DNA from: Candidatus Dojkabacteria bacterium
Lineage (GTDB): Bacteria > Patescibacteriota > Dojkabacteria > SC72
Length of the DNA stretch: 64,000 nt
Assembly (NCBI GenBank): GCA_012842045.1
Contig: DUTP01000006.1
Coordinates: forward strand, 10,979-74,978
Direction of reading: 5' to 3'
The position numbers and the translations under genes were made by a program. The notes below the pieces were generated by a model. The model did not search any database, was not told where the DNA came from, and worked only from the letters and a program-made list of their open reading frames with translations. Each line of letters begins with the position of its first letter. Position 1 is the first letter of the stretch. Of this stretch, positions 8,369 to 17,339 are shown one piece after another.

Positions 8369-10148
8369 GTATTGCTTTAATTCTTTTAACTCCAGCTCCT
8401 ACATTCTCTTGTTTAGAGATTTTAAATTTCCCCAAATCACCTATATTCTCAACATGTGGTCCATTACATATTTCAATAGAGAAGGGGTTTTCTTTTGGTC
8501 CAATATAGTAAAGTTTTACCTTCTCTCCATATTTCTCAGTAAAAGCTGCAAAAGGTACTAATTTAAGAGCTTCTCCTTTATCTACTTCTTCAAAAGTAAC
8601 ATCTAGTTTCTTCTCTATCTGTTCATTTACAAGGTCTTCTACCTCTTTAACTTGTTCTGGAGTAAGCTTTGTTTCATTTGGGAAATCAAACCTTAATCTC
8701 TCTGGAGTAATATTGCTACCTTTTTGATATACGTGTTCTCCTAGAACTTTTCTTAGAGCTGCAAGGAGTAAGTGATTTGCTGTATGGTATTTCGTAGACA
8801 TTTCCGATGTGTCTGTTAATCCTCCTTTAAACATTCCTTTAGCTGCAGTCCTAGATTTTTCTTGGTGTTCTTTTTCTGCTTGGAAGAAAAGATCTCTTTC
8901 TTCTAGTTTGACATCTTTCTCCTCTAATATTTCTTCTGTAACTTCAAGTGGTAGTCCATATGTTTCGTAGAGTATGAAGGCATCTCTTCCATTTATCTTT
9001 TCTTTCTTGTTTGTTCTTTTCTCTAATTCCCTTAGACCTTGTTCTAATGTTCTATTAAACTTTCTTTCCTCTTCTTCGATGGTGTTTAATATATATTCTC
9101 TCTTTTCTTCTAGTTTATCCCAAATATCCTTAAACTGTGTTATGCAGATATCAGCAACTTCTCTTGTAAATTCTTGTTCAATTCCAAGTTTTCTTGCGTG
9201 TCTAACAGATCTTCTAATTAGTCTTCTTAATATGTATCCTTGTTGGCTTCTTCCCGGTAAAACACCATCCATAATTATCCATGTTGCAGCTTTTATGTGA
9301 TCAACAATAATTCTTTCTGATTTTAGATTTGCTTGTTTTCTTAATGCCTGTACTTTACTTAGTATTGGTTTGTAGATATCTATTTCATATACGCTATCAA
9401 CATTCTGGAGTAGAGCAGCTAATCTTTCTAATCCACCTCCGAAATCAACATTGTGTCTACCTAGTGGTTGTATATTATCTTCTTTTTTAAGATATTCCAT
9501 AAAGACATTGTTTCCTATTTCCACGTATTTTCCACAATTACATGATACGTTACATTTCTCAGAACATTTTTCTTTTCCTGTATCGTAAAAGATTTCAGAG
9601 TCTGGTCCGCAAGGTCCTCCTGATTCTAACCCCCACCAATTTTCCTTTTTCCCAAATGGTTGTATTCTCTCATCTTCCCCAACCTTTGCATCTATATTGT
9701 ATTTTAAGAAAATCTCTTTCCATACTTCTATTGATACTGTATCTTGTGGAGCATCTTCATCTCCTTCAAATACTGATGCATATATGTTGTTTATATCTAA
9801 ACCAAGTCTTTCGACAAAGAATTCTACTGTATAGTTGATAGCTTCTTTTTTGAAGTAGGAATTCAATGACCAGTTTCCAAGCATTATAAAAGCTGTACAG
9901 TGGTATTCATCCCCAATTTCTTCAATATCTCCTGTCCTTATACATCTTTGGATATTGGCTAGTTTATCCCCTTGGGGGTGTTCCTCTCCCTGTAAGAAAG
10001 GTATTAGTGGGAACATACCTGCATTTACAAACAGTACTGACGGGTCGTTTTCGGGTACTAGTGGAGCACTTGGAATTATGGAGTGACCTTTCTCTTTAAA
10101 GAACTCCAAGTACTCTTGATATATTTTTTTGTATGAAAACTCTGACAT
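8361..10148 (-). CDS. alaS: Alanyl-tRNA synthetase, short form: catalytic, tRNA-binding and editing domains, no C-Ala domain
   Basis: N-terminus KIYQEYLEFFKEKGHSIIPSAPLVPENDPSVLFVNAGM... and the editing-domain HTANHLL...H motif. 595 aa against about 870 aa for canonical AlaRS. Confidence 0.9.
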   Translation of the reverse strand: MSEFSYKKIYQEYLEFFKEKGHSIIPSAPLVPENDPSVLFVNAGMFPLIPFLQGEEHPQGDKLANIQRCIRTGDIEEIGDEYHCTAFIMLGNWSLNSYFKKEAINYTVEFFVERLGLDINNIYASVFEGDEDAPQDTVSIEVWKEIFLKYNIDAKVGEDERIQPFGKKENWWGLESGGPCGPDSEIFYDTGKEKCSEKCNVSCNCGKYVEIGNNVFMEYLKKEDNIQPLGRHNVDFGGGLERLAALLQNVDSVYEIDIYKPILSKVQALRKQANLKSERIIVDHIKAATWIIMDGVLPGRSQQGYILRRLIRRSVRHARKLGIEQEFTREVADICITQFKDIWDKLEEKREYILNTIEEEERKFNRTLEQGLRELEKRTNKKEKINGRDAFILYETYGLPLEVTEEILEEKDVKLEERDLFFQAEKEHQEKSRTAAKGMFKGGLTDTSEMSTKYHTANHLLLAALRKVLGEHVYQKGSNITPERLRFDFPNETKLTPEQVKEVEDLVNEQIEKKLDVTFEEVDKGEALKLVPFAAFTEKYGEKVKLYYIGPKENPFSIEICNGPHVENIGDLGKFKISKQENVGAGVKRIKAILE

Positions 10149-10165
10149 ATCCAGGATTATATCAA

Positions 10166-12601
10166 TTATGCAGGTGTATTGGGAGTAGGTTGAGATTTAG
10201 CCTCTTGTGTCTTCTGCTCTTCGATCTGTGCAGCTATAGCTTGAAAAATTGCAGGGTCAGGAGCTTCAGGTTCTTGGATTTCTTCTGTTGTAGTAGGAGA
10301 CACAGGTGTGGTAGGAGTAGTGAGCACACCAGGGGTAATGTCTTCTGGTTTTCTAGTTGACTTCACATTTTTCTCTTCTTCTACGTGAGTAGGTGACAGA
10401 ACTGGTGTGGTCATAGGTGTTGGTGTAGGGATAGTACTTTCCTCTTTGGTGGTAGGTTTCTGTACGTGTACAGTTGGTTTAAATACAGGTTCTTCTTTTT
10501 TTGTTTCCTCGGCAGGTGAGGATGTAGTAGAAGGAGGTACAGGTGTTGTAGTGGGTGGAGGAGTAGGGGCTGTTTCCTTTGGTTTTGTCGCAGGCTTTTG
10601 TACATGCACAATTGGTTTAAATGTAGGTTCTTTCTCTTTCTTTTTTTCCATTAGAGTAGGTTTAGTAGTTGAAGATTTTGGAGGTATATTAGTAGAATCT
10701 TTTTGTTGGGTAGGGATGAGTTCTTCCTTTTTTTCTCCAATATCAATATCTTTAGGAGCGGTATAATTATCTTTTTGTGTTACAGTTATATTCTTCTGCT
10801 TCACAGAGTTTACTTTTTTATGTATATCCTCATTAACGGTTGGGGTTACGTATTCTTCCTCTGTGTTATCCCTCTCTGGAGTATTTCTTGTAGAATATGC
10901 AGTGGCTTTTGTTTCTAATTTGCTTCCCTTTCCCCAGATGAGAGAAATCAAGATTGGAACAGCAATTGCCACTATGATAAGTAGGAAGCCAACACCTATT
11001 ATAAAAAGAGTTCTTTTACTTATTTCCTTGCCAAAAATTTTATAAGAAGAATCTTCCTCTTCGGTACTAGAACTAATTGTAAACTCCCATGATTTTTTTA
11101 CCTCTTTTCCTGAAGAATCTTTAAATGCTATTTCTGCTCTATGTAAACCATTCTCTAAATCTTCTTCAGGTTGATAGATTAATGTATACTCTCTCTCTGA
11201 CAGCTTATTTATCTTTATATTCTCAGTAATATCTTTGTCGTCTATTTTAAAAATAATACTATCTTCTTCTATCTCGCCTTTTTCACTGCCTATGATGGTT
11301 CCTTTGATAGTTACTCTTTTGTTTGTAATCTCATCAGTGGAGGAGGGGGACATATTTGTGACTTGTGGTTCCTGAAGAATAACTAAATCTTCTATTAGGG
11401 GTTTTCGTTGTTTTATAATTGGTTCTGGAATAATAGGGATTATCTCTGTAGCTTTGGAAATGATAATTTCTGGGGAAATTCCAATTCCTGTCTTTGGAGG
11501 TTTTTGATTATCTGTTGCTTTTACTATTAACTTGTATGTTCCTTCTTCTAATCCCTCCGTTGAAATATTCCTTGTACTAGTGTTGTACGGTAGGGATTCA
11601 CCCATTTTAATCCATGTTTCTTCATCAGTTGGGTTTTTAGACATGAAGAGATCAAATATTGGGATGTGATTTAAATCTGAAACATTCCACGAAGCCTTAA
11701 ATTCACTCCCATGATTAATTCTTAGAGAGGAGAGAGGGTTTGTTATTCTAATAATGGGGGTATCATTTTCAGACTGTCCTACACTTATTACCCAAGATTG
11801 GCTTCTAACATGCTTGCTATATCCATCGTGTATGACTACGTGTGCAAGATAACTAGCAGGTTTGTCAGGAGTTCCCTTAAATGTAACTTTGAGTTTACCA
11901 TTTGCTCCATCTTCTAAAACAATATCTTTTAACCAAGTGGCCTTTGGAGTAAAAGAGTAGAAAAAATTAATTCGATCTCCATCAACATCTTTTGCGGTTA
12001 ATGTATATGAGTACTGTACTCCAGTTGTGATATTTTGACTCGGTTTTGATGAAGCTGAGGGTTCTGAGGTAAATTCTGGTGCAGAGTTGTTCTCTATAGC
12101 TCGTACTCCTTTAATATTGTATGGGCTACTGATTTTACATTGAATTTTTGCATTGGAAATAGTTTCTATACTACCTAAGATATCTACAAGACCAGATTTA
12201 GTAGGAGTTAAGACAAAAGATGTGGCTATCTGCAAAGGTGCATTCTCAAAATTTTCGGAATGAATATCACTTCCCTCGCTATCTGTAATTTTTAAATTAT
12301 TAATACCATCACTTTCGAGTTTAGCATCTACTTGGACTCTTACACTTTTCCCAATTTCAAGAGTGTACGGATTAACATTTGGTAGAGAAATGATACAAGG
12401 ATTGGCCTGACTAAGTTCTAGTTCTTCAAAAGCCTTACTTCTTGTATCTAGAGTTTTTTGTATGACACCGTACAGAACAAAGGGTAGTGAGAGTAAAAAG
12501 AAAAGCGTTGTAATTAATACAGACTTTCGTTTAGATTCTTTTGTCTTAAATTTTCTGTTAGGCATTAGACTATAATACTGTTTATTTATTGGTTTCTGCA
12601 A
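10166..12601 (-). CDS. Large surface protein: N-terminal TM, Ig-like ectodomain region, TM, then a Pro/Thr/Lys-rich repetitive tail
   Basis: 811 aa. The tail contains tandem units of about 50 aa (..EPTFKPIVHVQKPATKPKE.. / ..EPVFKPTVHVQKPTTKEE..). Confidence 0.55.
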   Translation of the reverse strand: MQKPINKQYYSLMPNRKFKTKESKRKSVLITTLFFLLSLPFVLYGVIQKTLDTRSKAFEELELSQANPCIISLPNVNPYTLEIGKSVRVQVDAKLESDGINNLKITDSEGSDIHSENFENAPLQIATSFVLTPTKSGLVDILGSIETISNAKIQCKISSPYNIKGVRAIENNSAPEFTSEPSASSKPSQNITTGVQYSYTLTAKDVDGDRINFFYSFTPKATWLKDIVLEDGANGKLKVTFKGTPDKPASYLAHVVIHDGYSKHVRSQSWVISVGQSENDTPIIRITNPLSSLRINHGSEFKASWNVSDLNHIPIFDLFMSKNPTDEETWIKMGESLPYNTSTRNISTEGLEEGTYKLIVKATDNQKPPKTGIGISPEIIISKATEIIPIIPEPIIKQRKPLIEDLVILQEPQVTNMSPSSTDEITNKRVTIKGTIIGSEKGEIEEDSIIFKIDDKDITENIKINKLSEREYTLIYQPEEDLENGLHRAEIAFKDSSGKEVKKSWEFTISSSTEEEDSSYKIFGKEISKRTLFIIGVGFLLIIVAIAVPILISLIWGKGSKLETKATAYSTRNTPERDNTEEEYVTPTVNEDIHKKVNSVKQKNITVTQKDNYTAPKDIDIGEKKEELIPTQQKDSTNIPPKSSTTKPTLMEKKKEKEPTFKPIVHVQKPATKPKETAPTPPPTTTPVPPSTTSSPAEETKKEEPVFKPTVHVQKPTTKEESTIPTPTPMTTPVLSPTHVEEEKNVKSTRKPEDITPGVLTTPTTPVSPTTTEEIQEPEAPDPAIFQAIAAQIEEQKTQEAKSQPTPNTPA
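10407..10700. repeat. Tandem in-frame DNA repeat of about 150 bp (2 copies) encoding the PT/K-rich tail repeats of the 10166-12601 protein
   Basis: Near-identical blocks ...ggtttctgtacgtgtacagttggtttaaatacaggttcttc... and ...ggcttttgtacatgcacaattggtttaaatgtaggttctttc... Confidence 0.7.
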
Positions 12602-13988
12602 GTTTTGAATTTATAGTAGTTTCTGTTTTCTTAAGAGTTGAAGTTACATCCCTGTTTCTTTCTGCTATTTCCGAGATAGCATCTTCGATAGAAGCTCTTA
12701 CAAAGTTTTCGTCCCCCCATTGCCATGACCTCATATATGGTGCCATTTTTGCTATTGCGTCTATATACGCTTTTCCCTTCATTTCATCTCCAAGTTCTGC
12801 GATGGAGTATGGTTCTCCAAATGCTCTCTGTCCAATACTAACTGAATTAGAGAACATTTTTAATTGTTGCTCTTTCTGTGTCATAAAATCAATAAACTTC
12901 CATGCTAACTCTGTGTTTCCGGCATTCTTACTTACAGCTTCGCCCCAATATGTTGCATAATATACTTCTTCCTTATTAGCTTCTAATTGTGGTAGGGGAG
13001 TTGTACCAAATTCAATGTTTGGAGCTGCTATTATAATGTCAAAGACTCTCCAGCTTGGAGCAATCATCATAGCTAATTTGCCCTGGAAGAACATTTCTAA
13101 ATCTTGTGGCAGACTCGTATCCCATGTACCATTTTGCCCTCTAGCAAAACTAGTATACGTTTCAAAAGCACTAACAGCTTTTGAGTTGTTTAATGAAATA
13201 CTGGTTCTTGTTTCGTCCATAAGTTCTGCTCCCTCAAGAAGAAGTAGGTATGCGATAATTTCTGAAGAGTGTTTAATGTTTCTTGAAACTCCCATTGCCA
13301 ATCCAGACTGTATAATTCTCTTGTTTTCATCTCTAATTGTTAGGTCATGAGCAAGCTTTACAAAAGAATCCCAGTCGCTTGGAGGTTTTTGTATATTAGC
13401 CTTTTTGAGGATTTGTTTGTTGTAATAGACCATGAGTCCATCAATACCTAAAGGAATAGCATATATTTTCCCGTCTTTTGCTGTAAAGTCGGCCAATGAC
13501 GTTGGATAGAATTTCTCCGCATAATCTTCTCTACTCATAATACTTGATGGAAGGGGAGCAAGATATTTGTAATATTTTGGTAACCATGTGTTATGTATTT
13601 TAAAGATATCTGGTGCTGGCTCAGAAGTCGAAACAGTTTGTTGTAATCTAGTATATATTCGAGATTCATAGTTAGAAAGACTCTGTTTGGAATAGTTGAT
13701 CTTTACTCCCGGATTGGCTTCCTCAAATTCATCTATGATTGGTTGCATGGTTTCCGCACTTTCCCATAGGCCCCAATATGTTAAAGTTTTTGAAGTACCA
13801 GAAGTTGGTGGAGTAGGTGCAGGTGAAGTGGTTTCTGTATTATTTACAGGTCCCGGTTGTACCACATTGCTCTTTTGTTTTTTCATTAGAAGTAATACCA
13901 CCATTATTATAAATAGGAGTAATGCAACTGCCCCAGCTATAATTAAGGGAAGCTTCTTTTTATCTGCTAATATATCTTTCAAACTCAT
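12582..13988 (-). CDS. Extracellular solute-binding protein, ABC family 1 (sugar-type), membrane-anchored
   Basis: N-terminal TM. The mature part (TLTYWGLWESAETMQPIIDEFEEANPGVKINYSKQS...) matches the SBP_bac_1 architecture. No permease or ATPase genes are adjacent. Confidence 0.7.
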   Translation of the reverse strand: MSLKDILADKKKLPLIIAGAVALLLFIIMVVLLLMKKQKSNVVQPGPVNNTETTSPAPTPPTSGTSKTLTYWGLWESAETMQPIIDEFEEANPGVKINYSKQSLSNYESRIYTRLQQTVSTSEPAPDIFKIHNTWLPKYYKYLAPLPSSIMSREDYAEKFYPTSLADFTAKDGKIYAIPLGIDGLMVYYNKQILKKANIQKPPSDWDSFVKLAHDLTIRDENKRIIQSGLAMGVSRNIKHSSEIIAYLLLLEGAELMDETRTSISLNNSKAVSAFETYTSFARGQNGTWDTSLPQDLEMFFQGKLAMMIAPSWRVFDIIIAAPNIEFGTTPLPQLEANKEEVYYATYWGEAVSKNAGNTELAWKFIDFMTQKEQQLKMFSNSVSIGQRAFGEPYSIAELGDEMKGKAYIDAIAKMAPYMRSWQWGDENFVRASIEDAISEIAERNRDVTSTLKKTETTINSKLAETNK

Positions 13989-14006
13989 TTTATTGTAAAA
14001 ATAAAC

Positions 14007-14801
14007 TTAAATTTTTCGCTCAGCTGTTACAATTAGTCTTTTAGTTCCAATACCGAGAGGCCAGCAAGTCATTAGAGTTATAGTCTCCTTGTTTCTAGAA
14101 TGCTTTAGTACGGAAAAATCAGTAGCTTCTACAATCTTTTTACTTCTAACTATGTACTTAAGATTAGAATCATCCCTCTTTATTACAATCTCCTGTCCTA
14201 TATCTATCCCATCCAATCTCGAAAATATCGTTTCTGGGTAATCCTTGTGCCGACTAAAAAAAGCTTCTACTGCACTATGTCCATAGATAAAGGAATTGCC
14301 ACCATCTCCAGGTACAGGTGTTCCTTTGAAATGGGCTACACCACTCTTAAGGTATTTGTTGTAAACTTCTTCATTGGAACTCTCTACATTTGGTGATATT
14401 TTGATGTTTTTAATACCAATACTTTCTATGGTAATATACATGTTTTTGTTATACTGCTCATCAACCTTTATAGGGACTTGTTTGTTGGTTTTAGCATTGT
14501 ATACAGTGGCAGCGCCAAGGACACCAAGTTGTTCAGATAGATTTGCAAAGTAGCTTCTGCCTGGGTCATAGTATGCGAACTCGTTCTCAACATATTTCTT
14601 GTATGCTTCTGGTACGGGCTCAGCTTTGATCTCTACTCGTTTCTGTGCAACTACACCATCAAGATATGAATGTAGAAGAGGAATCACTTGGCTTGCAATT
14701 ACAGCCAGACCTGAGAAAGAGAGTATCAATGATACTGCGAGTCTTGTATTTTTAACTTTTTTGACACTTTCCGTATCAATATTCCATCTATTATTATCCA
14801 T
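14007..14801 (-). CDS. Sortase-family transpeptidase
   Basis: N-terminal TM. Catalytic His in NSFIYGHSA, Cys in ITLMTCWP (TLxTC) and Arg in KRLIVTAE match the sortase His-Cys-Arg triad spacing. Confidence 0.75.
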   Translation of the reverse strand: MDNNRWNIDTESVKKVKNTRLAVSLILSFSGLAVIASQVIPLLHSYLDGVVAQKRVEIKAEPVPEAYKKYVENEFAYYDPGRSYFANLSEQLGVLGAATVYNAKTNKQVPIKVDEQYNKNMYITIESIGIKNIKISPNVESSNEEVYNKYLKSGVAHFKGTPVPGDGGNSFIYGHSAVEAFFSRHKDYPETIFSRLDGIDIGQEIVIKRDDSNLKYIVRSKKIVEATDFSVLKHSRNKETITLMTCWPLGIGTKRLIVTAERKI

Positions 14802-14865
14802 GTATCCATATTAGCAGATTTTTACTAATGGTGGAAACTTTAAGAGAAAGAAATTGAAATTTGTG

Positions 14866-14892
14866 GTAGCAATTGGCTTGATTGTCTGCTAA
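14866..14892 (+). promoter_or_regulatory. CIRCE-like inverted repeat (GTAGCA-N15-TGCTAA) 13 nt upstream of dnaJ
   Basis: gGTAGCAATTggcttgattGTCTGCTAAaa against the CIRCE consensus TTAGCACTC-N9-GAGTGCTAA. The core IR TTAGCA-N15-TGCTAA has one mismatch. A near-identical element lies upstream of groES. Confidence 0.5.
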
Positions 14893-14904
14893 AATATTTC
14901 AGTT

Positions 14905-16002
14905 ATGGAAAAAAGAGATTACTATGAAGTCTTAGGAGTGAGTAAAGATGCATCTGCTTCTGAGATAAAAAAGGCATACAGAAAATTGGTGAAGAAGTAT
15001 CATCCTGATACTAATAAAGAATCTGGTGCTGAGGAAAAATTTAAGGAGGTACAGGAAGCATACGAGGTGCTTTCTGATGATTCCAAGAGGAGTGCTTACG
15101 ACACCTATGGACATGCAGGGACAGCAGGATTTAGTTCTGGAACTTCTGGTGGAGGGTATACAGATTTTGGAGGTACTCCTTTTGATATGGGGGATATTTT
15201 CAGTACTATCTTTGGTGGAAATATGGGAGGTGGTTTTGGATTTGATTTTGGTACAGGAGGCAGGACTGCAGCTAGTAATGCTGGCTCAGACATTCGTTAC
15301 AGAATTAGATTGAAATTTCTTGAGGCAATGGAAGGTGGTGAATTTAAGGTAAGGATTACTAGAGACCATGCTTGCGGAAAATGTGAAGGTAGTGGAAGTA
15401 AGGATGGTAAGCAGAAAGTATGTCCTGTTTGTAATGGAAGTGGGCAAGAACAGCAAGTTAGAAATACATTTCTTGGACAGATGGCAGTAATGAGTACATG
15501 TTCTAAATGTCATGGTACTGGTTCTGTTGTTGAAGACCCATGTAGTGAATGTAAAGGTTCTGGAATTAAAACAGAGCAAGAGGAGATGAAAATCAAAGTG
15601 CCTGCGGGAGCATATGATGGTATGGTTTTAAGATTTAGAGGTGGTGGAAATACTGGAAGAAATGGAGGAAGTACTGGTGATTTGTATATTGAGATTGAAG
15701 TTGAGACTTCTATCGAATTTGAGAGGAGAGGAAATGATATCTATTCTGAAACTAGCATACCTGTATATACTGCAGTTCTAGGTGGAGTTATATCAGTTTC
15801 AACTATATTTGAAGATGTTAAACTTAAAATTCCTAAAGGTACACAGTCATCAACGATATTTAAGATAAAAGGGAAAGGTGCATATATTCTAGGTTCTCAG
15901 GATTCAAGAGGAGACCATTATGTTAGGGTAAACATTGATATCCCAACGAGATTAAGTAGGGAAGAGAAGAAACTTTGGGAGGAGCTATCAGAGATTAACT
16001 AG
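14905..16002 (+). CDS. dnaJ: Chaperone DnaJ
   Basis: J-domain ([31 protein letters not shown]), Gly/Phe-rich linker, four CxxCxGxG zinc-finger repeats, C-terminal substrate-binding domains. Confidence 0.95.
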   Translation: MEKRDYYEVLGVSKDASASEIKKAYRKLVKKYHPDTNKESGAEEKFKEVQEAYEVLSDDSKRSAYDTYGHAGTAGFSSGTSGGGYTDFGGTPFDMGDIFSTIFGGNMGGGFGFDFGTGGRTAASNAGSDIRYRIRLKFLEAMEGGEFKVRITRDHACGKCEGSGSKDGKQKVCPVCNGSGQEQQVRNTFLGQMAVMSTCSKCHGTGSVVEDPCSECKGSGIKTEQEEMKIKVPAGAYDGMVLRFRGGGNTGRNGGSTGDLYIEIEVETSIEFERRGNDIYSETSIPVYTAVLGGVISVSTIFEDVKLKIPKGTQSSTIFKIKGKGAYILGSQDSRGDHYVRVNIDIPTRLSREEKKLWEELSEIN

Positions 16003-16028
16003 ATGTCATGTATTGATAAATAAAAATT

Positions 16029-16057
16029 TTGACCTACTTGTTTGATTGTGATATACT
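16029..16057 (+). promoter_or_regulatory. Near-consensus sigma70-type promoter (TTGACC-17-TATACT) in the dnaJ-nusA spacer
   Basis: TTGACC at about 16029-16034, 17-nt spacer, TATACT at about 16052-16057. Confidence 0.5.
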
Positions 16058-16082
16058 GGTAGCGGAAAGTAATACGAAGGAA

Positions 16083-16110
16083 AGGGTGAGGATAAAACTC
16101 ACCTTTTTTT
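16083..16110 (+). terminator. Intrinsic terminator/attenuator hairpin (GGGTGAG-loop-CTCACC + T7) about 25 nt downstream of the promoter and about 45 nt upstream of nusA
   Basis: aaGGGTGAGgataaaaCTCACCttttttt. It may terminate dnaJ transcripts and/or act as a nusA leader attenuator. Confidence 0.6.
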
Positions 16111-16154
16111 CAATATATTGATTTTAAAGAAATAAATTTTAATAAAATAAATTT

Positions 16155-17318
16155 ATGTCAATGACATCAGAATTCATTACAGCAATTAATCAAATAGCAG
16201 CAGAAAGAGGAATAGACAAAGAAGAGATTTTTGTTGCTCTTGAAGAAGCTATCTTGGTTGCATACAAAAAAGAGAAATATGGTTTGAATATGCCGGAGGA
16301 AGAAGAACTTGCTAATTGGTCTGTTGAGCTTAGTAGGGAGAGTGGTGAGTTTAAATTGATAGCTACTAAAGAAGTTGTTAAGAAGGTTAAAAACAAAGAG
16401 AGGGAGATCTCAATATCTGAGGCAGAATTAATCTCTCCTAATATTGAGGTAGGTGATTCAGTACAGATAGAGATGCCTGCTGAAGATTTTGGTAGAATTG
16501 CAGCTCAAACAGCAAAGCAAGTTATCTTGCAAAAGATAAGAGAATCTGAGAAAGAAGCAGTTATCAGTGAATACAGTGATAAAGTTGGAGAAATCTTTAC
16601 AGCACTTATGCAAAGAATGCAGAAAGGTCAGGTTGTGTTTGAGATTGGAAAAGCAACTGCATACATGCCTCAGGAAGAGCAGATATCTAATGAGTTCTAT
16701 AGATTAGGTGAAAGATATAAGGTTTTACTTAAGGATATTGTAGATTCTCAAATGGTTGTTTCAAGATCAGATTCTAATTTTTTGGTAGGACTTTTTAAAC
16801 TTGAGGTTCCAGAGATAGAAAGCGGTGTGATAGAAGTAAAAGCCATTGCAAGAGAGGCTGGCTCTAGGAGTAAAGTTGCTGTTAGCTCAAATCAAGAAGG
16901 TATAGATCCAATTGGTTCATGTGTAGGACAGAGGGGAGTTAGAATTGCAAATGTAATGAATGAGCTTGGTGAAGAGAAGATTGACATTATAGAATGGAAT
17001 GAGGATTTAGAGAAGTTTGTAGAGAACTCATTAAGTCCAGCAAAAATAGATGATGTGAAGATAGATGGAGATACAGCAGTTGTTACAGTACCTAATGACC
17101 AACTTTCATTAGCTATTGGTAGAGAGGGTCAAAATGTAAGATTGGCATGGAAACTTACTGGAGTTAAGATAGATATTGTACCAGCAGATCCAGAAGCTTT
17201 AGAAGAAGAGCAAAAAGAGGATAAAAAGGAAGAAGTCGAAAAAACTGAAGAGGACAAAGAAGAAATTACAGAAGAAACAGTAGAAGAGAGTACTGATGAA
17301 ACAGCAAAGGAAGAGTAA
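16155..17318 (+). CDS. nusA: Transcription termination/antitermination factor NusA
   Basis: N-terminal domain, S1 and two KH domains (IGSCVGQRGVRIANVMNELGEEKIDII...), acidic C-terminal tail. Confidence 0.9.
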   Translation: MSMTSEFITAINQIAAERGIDKEEIFVALEEAILVAYKKEKYGLNMPEEEELANWSVELSRESGEFKLIATKEVVKKVKNKEREISISEAELISPNIEVGDSVQIEMPAEDFGRIAAQTAKQVILQKIRESEKEAVISEYSDKVGEIFTALMQRMQKGQVVFEIGKATAYMPQEEQISNEFYRLGERYKVLLKDIVDSQMVVSRSDSNFLVGLFKLEVPEIESGVIEVKAIAREAGSRSKVAVSSNQEGIDPIGSCVGQRGVRIANVMNELGEEKIDIIEWNEDLEKFVENSLSPAKIDDVKIDGDTAVVTVPNDQLSLAIGREGQNVRLAWKLTGVKIDIVPADPEALEEEQKEDKKEEVEKTEEDKEEITEETVEESTDETAKEE

Positions 17319-17339
17319 TTTAATACTTTTAAATACAAC

